From Paraglomus brasilianum (Eukaryota), in contig CAJVPI010000002.1 in assembly GCA_910592345.1 (NCBI GenBank), forward strand, positions 1 through 64,000: a DNA stretch of 64,000 nucleotides, in the 5' to 3' direction. Under the pieces are notes generated by a model. The model worked only from the letters and a program-made list of their open reading frames with translations, was not told the origin of the DNA and did not search any database. Below, one piece after another: positions 52,155 to 64,000 of the stretch. The position numbers and the translations under genes were made by a program. How positions within the stretch are numbered: position 1 is the stretch's first letter; each line of letters starts with the position of its first letter.

Positions 52155-55049
52155 TTTTCCGATTCAAATGTCGCTAATCAACCAATGGAAAATCGCTTCA
52201 GAAATAATTGATGCTTAAATGTCGTATGTAAATTCCATCACTTGTGTAAATCCTGTCACTATTTGGGATTTACATTCTTAATTACCTGATTTGGTTAATT
52301 ATAAATTTATATCTATTACTATGGAAATTTCCTGATGCAGAACGCATTACTGAATCCTGTAGTTATTCTTCCTACGCTTCACTCACATGTCTTATCTACC
52401 GAAAGTATTCTTTCTAAGATACGTAATGCTTCTTCACTGCAAGTCTTTTAATTTTAGCATTAGCCTACCATTCGATACAGAGCTTACACATCTAGTATTA
52501 CAGTTATAGCCAAGAGTAGTAATAAGTCAATGTATGATTGTATGCTGCAATTTAAACCCGTGATTAATCAATACAGATCTGTGCCATACTAGCTGACCAA
52601 GAAAAAGAAAAAGCCCTGCCTATATGCAAGAGTAAAAACAATTAAACGGGTTGTCTTATGTCTGTATTAGTATGTGGTCCGATGCAATAAATTTAATTTC
52701 TTTTAACAGGTATTACTATATTTTAGTATTTGGATTAATTCTAACTAATATTTGAACATTGATACGTGCATACCATTAGTTTAAAACGAAAATTATGCAT
52801 AGTAATAGAGCACAGTTGTTTGGTTTTGTACCATAATAATTTATTAAGTATTGGTATGTTGTTGTTGCAAGTAGTTATAGTATGTTATTGTCAAAAAATC
52901 AAGTAGAATTACCAGTAGACTAACAGCTCGTATAATATTAAGGTTTAATATTTGGGCTTAATATTAATTATATCGCATAAAAATTATAAATATACAAATA
53001 AAGTAATTAACCTGCGATGACTAAAATGTATGCTGCTTAGCACCCAAAATACTGCAATATTTTCATGTCATGTGTGCTGTATTATTATGTTCTTATAATA
53101 ACTTGATATCAATGTTATTAGTATTGATATATAAGCTACCATTACAAATTAGAAATAAAAGACGATGAATTCTTATTATTATGCCGAATGTTATTTGTAC
53201 TAGAAGATAAAATATATATTAACGACCGAAGAGTCAATGGTAACCATCAGCTAGATTCGCTTCTCAAAGTCAATTGATATTTTTGTCTACTGTCTTGAGA
53301 TCTTGTCTCCATTCCACATGTTTCTTCGTACGATGGCGCATAGTTGAGTTGGTCGTACTATGATATATATCTATGAATGCTCACGGTGCACCAATTAGGA
53401 CAGTGACGAAGAAAAAAAATTTTTTTTTGACTGTGTCTTATCAAGATGCACTTCCGCTGTATACAATGGGGCTTTTTTTAAAGTAACATTTCTAACACTA
53501 AACCTTGCATGTTCGGACCCCTAGTTGGCGTGATAATTGTGCGACGTTCTGTCATCATATGAAGATCTATCCAAAAATAGGGAATACAGAAAAATGTACT
53601 ACATGCAATATGCAGCCGGAAAACAGCCCTGTAACCCGATTTACATTGAAAATGGGACCGACACTGTCTGCACGTATTTTTCACATCAACTGGCAGGGAA
53701 CAAATTATATGTCAGCGTCTTATCTCAGTGAGTAGAGAGAATAGGGTCATTATAAATAACCCTTCATCCACGCTATTAGAAAGTTCAAATACCCAAAAAA
53801 GTTTCTTGATAACCTAACCACTATGAACTTCCAATTCTCCAGAATTTTATTCAGATTCTGAAATATACACATTCATTGAGTGTTTTACAGACATTAATTG
53901 AATACCAAGTAGTCTTACGATACTTTTGCTTCTTCCACCTCGGGTCTACGAAACGTACCCTCTCCTCTCCGTTCCATACGAAATGCGACGATTTTAACTG
54001 CAGACCCGCAACGAGCTACATATTTACTACAACGCCATGCCCGATTGCTTACAATTCAGTTTTTGGCAATCGGGTGATTATCACGACTCCGCCTCGGATT
54101 GCCTGCGATTTAGCCGGGGGGGGGGGGGAATGGAGAAAAGTTTTAGGGGGCGTTGCTATCAAGGAGACGGATAATTCGGAACTATTGGAAGTCAGGGCGG
54201 TAATGCCCCAGGTTATCTGCTAAAGTTGGGTGCATGGAAGGAAAGTGGTCAGGGGAACTTTGCAGTGTGTCAGATGGATGGAAAGATGTATCGGGAGGCT
54301 GATTTAGATGATTCCGCATAAAATACCTGTAACTTTAACTTTGCAAATATAATATAATAAACAATGTATATTTTATTGTAAGAAAATTCTAATAAATAAA
54401 ATCTACTGTACTGATGACGGATAAATATTGCAATACTGATAAAATCTATGCTCTATTGTAAAATCAATTAATTGTACTGTTGTTACAAAGTTTATAGTAA
54501 CAATATATACTGTATACGTTGCACTTATATATTGAATATAAAAATATATATTATTAGTATTGTATAAAAACGTTGAGATAAGGACTTCTAAGTATTTAAT
54601 AGTAGTGTCTGTTATTATTGGAGAGCGACAATGTATAATTGACTATTTATACAAAGATTTTGTATTATTTTATGTAATATCAATATCGAGTAAATCTTTC
54701 AGTACGCTGCTGATAATCTTCTACTACATTTCTTTGATATTTTAATATGTTCCGAATAGTTGAGAAGCTACTTCTACGGCATATCGTTATCGACCATTAC
54801 TCTTAAATCACATGTAACGTCTTGATGTTACCAACTTTTTCTCCCCAATTTTCGTAGGGAGTGTGAAAATAATCTTAGAATGGTTGGTTACGGCTTTTTT
54901 ATATACTGTTTTATTGTCATAATTTATTAATGATTGACTGTTTGGCATCACTTTCTACTTATTCTTGTACTATACGCCATTAAAAAAGTATATAAATTAC
55001 AAGTATAATTACATACAGTCGGCTATTGTAATAGATTCTTACATGGAAA

Positions 55050-57480
55050 GATAAACGTAAAAAACTCTAACAATTACCTTCAAATCTGCTTGTTGAAGTA
55101 AGCCCATTGGTTGAATAGTTTTATTAATAACTAATCTTATTGAGTACGGGCAATATATATTTTATTTTCCAAATTTAAATAAACGTACAAGTTATCCATT
55201 ACTACACTTTTGATAACAAATAATATTATTTTTCTGAATATTACGTGTAACTATTTCTATATTTACTATTTCCATTGACTAAGAATTTCGATAGTGACAT
55301 TGATTAGATAATTGGATTAAACATTGTACAGTTTAATTAACTTTCTTCTTTATCGTCCAACTAAAATAAATTTTGGTATTTAATTTCTCAGGAATCAAAC
55401 CGTTTTGACACTTTTGTTTTTTGTTTATTAACAGCTAATCAGCTACACAATATATTTAGTTCTACAATTATAATTATAACTTTATATCATCTTTGTATGG
55501 GTAGTTATTATCAGAGTTTTACATAATTGCTATCAAGACCTAGTTTTACTGATACTGCAAATTCTTTGAATGCTTTACAGTAGTTGATATAATATTTAGG
55601 GAAGATATCAAGTTCCTAGAGCTTTATGCAAGTTATTCTAGTGCTGTTAACTTCATGGATGCTAAAATTAAAAGCTCTTATAACAAGCTCGTTTCCAAGT
55701 GCATTAATCAAAACGGTTAAATATGTTGTGGCTGAGTTGAGGACTTGTTCACTGAAGTAATAATAATAAATTAATTGTTTGTAACTAAGACATAGAAAAA
55801 ATAACCTAGATTGCCTGGTATAAAGAATAACAATAAGACCATAATGGTAATAAATCAGAGTTACAGTGTCAACAGTTTGGTCATAAAACACTATTTTAAT
55901 AACAACACAGTAAAATGCCATTCATGAAACCAATTTGTATTTAGTTAAAAAAGAGAAAAAAAACTTACTCTTTCAATAGTAGTAGTCTTGTTAAAGTCAA
56001 ATTTCATTTAATATTAATTTAGCTATTGGAACAAAGCATCTGAGTAGACCTATAGTAGACAAAAGATTTGTTGCAGTTTAGAAAATAAGTTGGTAAACAT
56101 TTACAAATATTTTATTGTACATAATTTATGTTTTAAAGCAATAATTAAGAGCTTAAAATGCAGATAAAGATTGTAAGTACGCTTTTCCAATCTTTAGCAA
56201 ATTTCATTCCAAAGTGTAGTTTTCTGGACACAGAACTCTTTATGGAATACTCTGCTTTCCTTTTTCTCTTCAAGCAAAAATTTAAAAATAGCATAGTTTT
56301 TGAAGATATCTTTACCCAGTGGTATTTTTTCTAATAAGCTTTGCAGAAACACGTAATAGTAAAGCCAATATTTATGCCACTGTTTTTAACCAAGTTAGAT
56401 TATTAAATGTTTGCATGTACTGCTTAGACATCTTCTGTCAATACTCTCACATGTAAAAGAAAAGCGTTCTGCGCAATAAGTAACTGACATTTATGTACAA
56501 GACATTTTAGGCATTAACTGCGTTCTTGTAATTTTAATTGAAAATTTTTGTCAGACTAAACACATTGAACACTAATATACAAATATTGTTGACTACATGA
56601 TTATACCTCACAGTCATACGTGCTCTGTTAGAGTACATCAAATTTACGGTAGGTGGCGACATGATAAAAATATGTTAAAAACAAATCAAAGCTAATCTAT
56701 ACAGGATGTACTTTCCACTATATTTGGTAATCTCTTTTTGAACGTCATACGCGCTTTTCTAAAATTTGTGTAAGACTCATAATGAGCATACATTGTTTAA
56801 AAATTTTATGTACACCGCCACTTAATCAGCTGTTTGTATCATTGCTAAGCTCTTGTTGACCATTTTAGTGTTTCTACCATTTAATACGCTGCGCCCTGCA
56901 GCAATGACAGGTGTTACATTTGACAGAATTAAACTTCGGCTCGCTTTCTTATTCCTCTTCAATTTTTTTTTTTAATTTTGCCTAAATAAGTTAACGAGAA
57001 ATAATCGAAACTCCGAATCTATTCTACGCCGTCTTATCAACTCAACAGGGTTAATATTAACAACAAGTGGTTGAATTTTCAAGTCGCAGGTCTTGTGAAT
57101 CGCTTGTGAGATGAGTTTGTAACTTAGGTCATACCATTGAGGGCTGAAAAAAGTGGCCGACAATGTCTGCCTTGCAGCTCCTATTGGAATGATCAGTGGG
57201 ATCTCCGGGTGATTAATCGATTGGTCCAGTATGCGAACAGAAGACGTAAAAAATTTTCTTATAAAATAGCGTCCTTTCGTGCCAGTGAGAGATTCATCGT
57301 CAAAATATCTTCACCAAACAAGACTTTGTTACATAATATCACGCAATCTTCTCATACAAAATTTCAATACAAACCAAATCATCAAATTGTCTTGATAACA
57401 CTCTGCCCTCTGCCTTGTGCACATTGCCTCCGCTTTACCGAGCACCTGTTATATGTTGATGACGACCGATATTCTGACGA
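55050..57480 (-). mobile_element. Heavily decayed DNA transposon remnant, probably MULE/FAR1-like
   Basis: Minus-strand GLTSTSRFEG (~55076-55105) resembles the MULE STSRVE motif. YDVQKEITK and GINIGFTI resemble FAR1/MULE segments. Many stops, AT-rich, no TIRs found. Confidence 0.35.
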
Positions 57481-60479
57481 ACCACAGCCTCTAGCTTGGA
57501 TATTAAATGAAGTTTACAACGGCAGCGGGCAAATTTTTTTGCAAATTTAAGAAGCACAGGATGTGAAAGAGGAAGCCTGGCGGGGGATACTGGGAGAGAA
57601 TGGGAGAAAGAGAGTTGGGGGAGCCGACGCATGGCTCATGACTTATGGTGGTGGAAAAAATGTAAAATTTATAATTAATATTTGACATTATATTTTTAAA
57701 TCATAAATGAAAAAATTAAGTTATAATAATATTATTTCTAAATTATTAAAATGTATCTTTCAAAAGTTTTATTTAAACAAGAAAATTTATAGTAATAATA
57801 GTCTTAAAAGTTTTAAAAATTTCTAACAAAGTTGTCAACGTAAAAAAGGTTTTATTAAAATTTATTAATACTGGTAAAATTATAGAATTCAATTACTTTG
57901 CTTTCCAAAATAGCTTATGACAATTATATGAATTATTACTGCATGTTTATAGATCGATTCTTAATATCAACGAGTTGGCTGTTTCACATTATCTACTTCC
58001 TGACAAAGTGGTCATTATCTATTTATAAAATAAAAAGAAGCGGGTTATCCATTGAATATTCCTAAAAAACGTTGCGTATACTCCATTGTCAAAATTACGA
58101 TACAATCAATTAACGCGGACGAGCGAGCGGCAGGATTTAATTGACATGTCAACTAAGCAAATCGAATACTAACCCAAGAATGGATTACTCCCTCAGTTAT
58201 AAAGTTAATTTTGCTCAGCCTTCGCGAGTAAACTTAAATTTGAGGGTACTTGCCAAAACGGATCATTCACACGTGGTGTAAACTATCTTTGCTATTTTAT
58301 TTTTGCAGACATGGTTCATAACGATAACAGTATTTTCTTGACATATCACCCAATCTCCACTCTCACGACACTATAGGCGAGCCAACATATAGAGGTAATA
58401 GTGATCTGAATGGAAAGCAAAAGGATGGATGTGTAAAAGAGATATAGAATGTTTATCAAAATGTTCCGGCGAAGACTGGATACTTTGCGGGTTTTTCAGG
58501 TAATTGATAATGGCATTATATTTTACTAATCCTCTCCCATCGAATCAACCTGACATTGATTTATCCATCTAATCGTGCAACTCCTTTATGCCCGAAGGCC
58601 TAACCTAACAATATCGGTCGGCAGTATATCAATGGGTCAGTCTTCTTAATGCTGGTAATTATTCAGCAGTACAAATCTTCAAGAAGTTTTGCACATTACC
58701 TTAATGTCACTTACCATCCTGCTTCCTATAGATGTGCTAAATCCAGGATGCGCACGCGTCTGCATTCTAATCTACTGCACGGAATATTAGTTTACCAGAT
58801 CAATTTGATAGGAAGAACCGGATGCCTAGCCACCGAGAGATTGTAAGGAGAGGTCATTCTGGAACATATCAAAAAACGATGACTGAAGAGTGGATTTTTG
58901 CTAGATTGTGTGCGTGGTGAGTGGTCATGGGCGAAAATGTGGGAAGTGGTAATTAAGTGGATGGACCAAAGATGTATGTTAATAAAGCCAAGTGTAGGGA
59001 ATATTGATGGAATTAAATAAATTGTACAGGAACTCTGGATGGTAGCATCGGATGATAACGCCAATATCGGAAGAGAATGCATTATTGTATACACAAATGG
59101 TCAATGGCATTCGAATATTCTGATTAACAGCGTTGCGTATACTTTAGCTGTAAGTGAAATTACGAAATGGAAATTATGAAAATGCCCGTATTATTAGACT
59201 TCAGCAATTATGAACTGATTGTCGTGACACCCATTAACAATATTATTTCAGATGCTAACTGCACATCTTTGTTTCATAACTTCTAGGATCAGAGGATTTT
59301 TTCAGCGCTTAATGGGCGTAAATGCAATAAACACTATTTAATCCATTGGCATATTCAGTGAGACGTGTATATGAACTATCCCTTCGACGTTTGTGGATAG
59401 CACAATTTATATACTTGTACAAAGTATTTCTAGTGAACTAAATATATAGTACACTCTTTGTGAGATTATATAATAGCTAATAATACACGCCAAAAGTACA
59501 TTTACAAGTTTGTGTGCACAAGTGTTGTTTATCAGATGGCTCTAAAAACGTGTTGTACATCGCAGACGTGGCGATCGAAGATGATTGCGCGTATAGCAAA
59601 ATTTAGAATACATTGACGCATCACTCATTCAACAATGATATTAATGATGTCTAACCCACAGAGCATCGCTGATCAGTGAGCATAATTGTTTTTTTTTTTA
59701 CAACTTTCTCTTCAGCGCACAGTTACAAATATACATTGTTTTATTAAACATAAATATAAGTATAGCGACCGATTATTTGTCTTAATAAATGAGAAGGTTC
59801 TTAACAGTGTATGATAAAAAGAGCGTCAATTACCTAACATTCTATCTCCCCCATTTTTTACTTCGCCAAAAATGAGATTCAATGAATATGATTCCTTTTC
59901 CTATATCCTTTTGGTCCTAGCGGCCAAACTATTGACTCTATATATTCGACTAGAATCACCCCTAGTTTCATTCCGATGTGAAACTATCCTTTCTACCATT
60001 TCCTGATGCATAGCCATTGTCTTACTCTTCACCGTATTCTTTCCTCACTTGGGTGCAGTAACGTCATACGACAGACTATTCCGCGCTAAACATTTTATAT
60101 ATTCAACAACACCTCTGTTCCATCTTGTCCAAATATTCTTCCGTAAATCTGTTGACTTTCCACCCTGCGACCTGCCTAAGGTCTATCCCGCAAAGTTTCA
60201 CTTCAGGACAACAACAAAATTTTCCTAGCAGCCGCGTGCAGGCCGACGAAAATGTTTGAGAAAATCACCATTTCTCAATGTTCCCCCCGTTTCCATTAAC
60301 CTTCCTACACCACATTTGACTACAGGTTTCTTCGATCGCGAGAGAAATTCTACTTATAATGAATCATTGTTACGCTTTTCAATACGCGCGCTCTTCCTAC
60401 GATTAATGCATCGTTATCATCGCCGGCAGAGCTCAATTATATATTATACATCCTTTCAAACTCGAGCTTTCTTTTCCAA

Positions 60480-63010
60480 TCCATTCCCTCTAATCTAACT
60501 TATCAAAGTCTTCATTTGATAGAGTCATTGCATCATCCGTCCCACACTCGGCGCACTATCATACTAGTCCGAGCGATTACGCGCCAGAAAATTGTCTGAT
60601 TCCTTTTTCCGATACACCTCACTACCCGTCTCCTAGCGACCGATGCCCGGTCGACGAAATCATCGTCTTTAACGTTCCTATTGCTGTCCTCGACTAGCTT
60701 CTACGTTAGCGCTTCGTCACAATTACTATCACTCCCTCAATTTCTTCTATTCATTGTTCTGAACAAATTAACTAATATCACGATAAAAGGGTTCATTCAG
60801 TAGAGTCGTCGTGAATGGTAGCCACCGTGCCGTAGCAATCGTATCCTCGTAGCTGAAAGAACATTTTTCATCAAATGATTATGATAGTTTCAGATATAAT
60901 CGTTTTTCAAATATCAAAATAACCTTCCATTTCCGATTTACTTACCTGCAATTCACACAGTTTAAACGACCGCCGCAGCTTCTCAAAGACACCTGTTTAT
61001 TAGATCATAGCGAGCATTCCAGGCTTAATTGCTGTAACAATGTCACATTAACAAACAGAATTGCCAACCATCTGACTCCAAGAGTAAGATTGACTAGACG
61101 TCACGCGGGTTGAGAATTTTAATAAGATATGGTCACGTGGATGTCACGAAAAATAATTCGCATACATAGCAGACTTTTCAAATTTTATGTTACCTGGTCG
61201 TTAATTGCGCGCTCAACTATCACTCTATACGTGGTAATCCTCTACTCGTATCCAAATAAACAACAATAATTTAATAACCGTTGAGTCGAAGAGGATTTAG
61301 TTTTTAATTTAAAACAGGGCTAATGCTAATACTAACTTCGATTTGGCATGCAAAGAAACACATGAATCAGCAACGGAAGTATTAATTCAGTTTTCAGAAT
61401 CAGCCGTCAGTAACTTTAATTTGAATGGAATTGCAAAAGCCTTTAATGGTAGAGAAGATATAATTTTCTACGTTTTATACTTATCCGTCGCGACAACGAT
61501 AATAGTAACTAATGGCTTATTAACTGATACTTTCTATCTGCTGTAGAATCCGGTGAACACGCGATGGAGAACCTATGCCGTCTCATGACGGTGTTTGGCG
61601 ATACTTCCCTAACTACGTTGCCAAACACTTGATTTGTCCAGACATTGTGAATGATGCTTGCTTTCCCGGTTATTATGCTCAAGATCGGGAGATATCATCT
61701 TCAGTAATGTATTGATCTTAATTAATGGAACTTTATTAAGAATCCTCAAAACGGATTTGCCAACACATTGGCGAAACGACGCTTGAATTCTGGGTCCATC
61801 TCCAAGAGGATATTCATGATCCATACATGATACCTATTCATTCCAAATAGCAGAGAACAACAATGATACTTTGGTAACGCTGCAGGGACATTATCGTCAG
61901 AAGAAGCTCAGAATATTAAGCAAGCAGCAGTTATACTGTTTGGAAGATTAATTGAAATATTGAGAGTAAAGCTGCAACTGCTACCGGAAGATATGGGTAA
62001 GTTGGAGTATAGAAAGATGTTGTTTATAGATAAATTTTTTCTTTGCTAATATAATAGCATAACTGTCTTTTATTACAGAGCCAAGGTCTAGATCCTATCG
62101 CCGAGTCCGTTAACGATATCGGGGGAGAGACCAATATAACTAAGAAGCATGGAAAGGATCCCATATGGGCATAAATGACCAAGTTGATAGTAAGCGGTTT
62201 CCATTGCTATATGCTGTTAAACGTTCCCGATGAACATATTTATTAATCGCAATACACGGGATAATCACATCCGCATAATATTTTACGCTTGACATGAATA
62301 AGATATTTAAAAGGGTATTTATTACCGTATTGGTCGTATGGAAAATAAATGGGGAGTAGCTATGGTAATTATGGGGTCGTTTACTGTTGTGGTTATCACA
62401 CTGGAGCGATTGATGACATGTATGTGTGGCAAGCATTTTAAAAGTGAACTGTAATTAGCGCATATTGACACGTTGTTTTATTAAACACACATATATTGGA
62501 CTCTTCATATCCAATGAGATTCAATGAACTTTTCCATTTTATACAGATGTTCTCTTGATTCCTAACACACGGCCCTTCTCAATCCTAACTTACGAAGTTC
62601 TCATTAATACAGTAATTGTATTTCCTACGCTGCTTAGAGGCTGGTACATCATATGTCAGCCGACGAAATTCTTTCACCTAACCAACTTTCCCCATCTCCA
62701 TTCTCAATTTTGTATTCGATAAAGCATTCTTTCCAAAAACTATACTTTCCCACTCCCTCTAATCATCCTTCCCATACCCGATGCATTATCATACCAGCCA
62801 AACTGGTACGCGCCATCAAACTGTATATTTTTGACGAAACTTCTTTTTCCAGTACGTTCATCTTCCCGTTCGAATTACTGGAACTGTTCTAGTACTTAAT
62901 TGCACCATCCGTCATGCACCCGCATTATCATACTGGCCGAGCTATTATTATGCGCCAGCAAATTGTCTACATTCCCTTTATCGATACAACCCAACACCCA
63001 TCTCAACACC
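60480..63010 (-). repeat. Three diverged copies of a ~70-110-bp segment, possibly F-box-like gene relics
   Basis: CATCC..GCA(C/T)TATCATAC..CGCCA..AAA(T/C)TGT at ~60530-60640, ~62765-62830 and ~62900-63010. Minus strand reads MIVRRVWDG / MIMRVHDGW. Confidence 0.5.
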
Positions 63011-64000
63011 AGGTTACATAATGCCGCCACCAAGACCTGATAGTAGGATAGAGGCTCTGTTATCGTCACATGTTAATTTACCCATAAGACTATAAGCAAG
63101 AGACTACGCTTATATTGAAACTTGAGCATGGCATTAAGCTATTAAGGTTAGTGTCACGACATTTTAAAGATCTACGCGTATTGCGTTCAGTACTAGTACT
63201 GATATTAGGCAGTAAAAGCGGTTTATTATTATTCATAAGGGGTCATAGAAACATATGTTCTTTCAATCAAATGGATAAATATAAAGCACAAATAATTAAC
63301 GCGGACATCACAATACTGCAATAATATTCATAAAATCATATACATTTATTAAAATCCCACTACTCATATGCCGTACACCTTTAATATAATACATTGTCGT
63401 CAGCGACATTAGACTAATAGTCGATAGTAAGTAAATTCAGCAAGCATCCCATTTTATTTTGACTTACTTGAGCTTAATAATATTCATCTATTCTCATGCG
63501 CGTAATGCATAATCCTCTCCACGAATTGACTATATCAAATGTTGGAAATAAACAAGTAAGTGTACATATACATACACATACACATATATAATTAAATGTA
63601 TCATTGTAGCATACCAAATGCAATTCGTGAAGAGGCATAAAAGGCAGCACAAAAGCGGGTCAATGGGGTCGGGATTACGAAATAACGAGGTCCATCGAAT
63701 GGCCGTCATATGTCGAAGAACGAAGAGGGCGATTTTAAAAGAGTGTATAAGTTTATTTTCGACCAAGACGATGGACGATTTTTGACGATGCAAATAGATG
63801 TCTGCTTTATAAGAAATCCAAATGACAGATTTGGGGGCTATGCACAGAATTTTTAACGTACACAGATTACGTAGCTTGCATTATATCGGAAATTAGACAC
63901 AATAAAATTTTTGATGTCAAGCGAATAATAACAATGATGCATAAATAAGCCTTTGTTCTTTGATTGTTATGTTCCCAGCAGTCATTATTATGCTGCCTGC

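Overview
AT-rich eukaryotic DNA with short GT-AG introns, most consistent with an early-diverging fungus such as an arbuscular mycorrhizal fungus (inferred from gene content, intron density and the BTB-BACK-TLDc family; not established). It is not prokaryotic, and I see no rRNA, tRNA or CRISPR array. The first ~39 kb holds conserved genes reconstructed by hand: a BTB-BACK-TLDc protein (apparent 1-nt frameshift in a G9 run), the U2 snRNP factor Tat-SF1/Cus2, a Psr1/CTDSP-type CTD phosphatase, an intronless 727-aa PPR protein, kinetochore CENP-I/Mis6, and PARN deadenylase. Between CENP-I and PARN is a ~7 kb block of broken genes, including an apparently frameshifted copy of the meiotic crossover gene HEI10 and an intronless decayed AFG1/LACE1 copy. 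Three short TA-flanked TIR elements (Tc1/mariner/pogo-type MITEs) share a CGATA(A/T) core. The last ~25 kb has no intact gene I can support, only decayed transposon and gene-family fragments and local tandem duplications. I found no convincing novel multi-gene system. The most interesting signals are the apparently disabled HEI10 and the pseudogene block around it.
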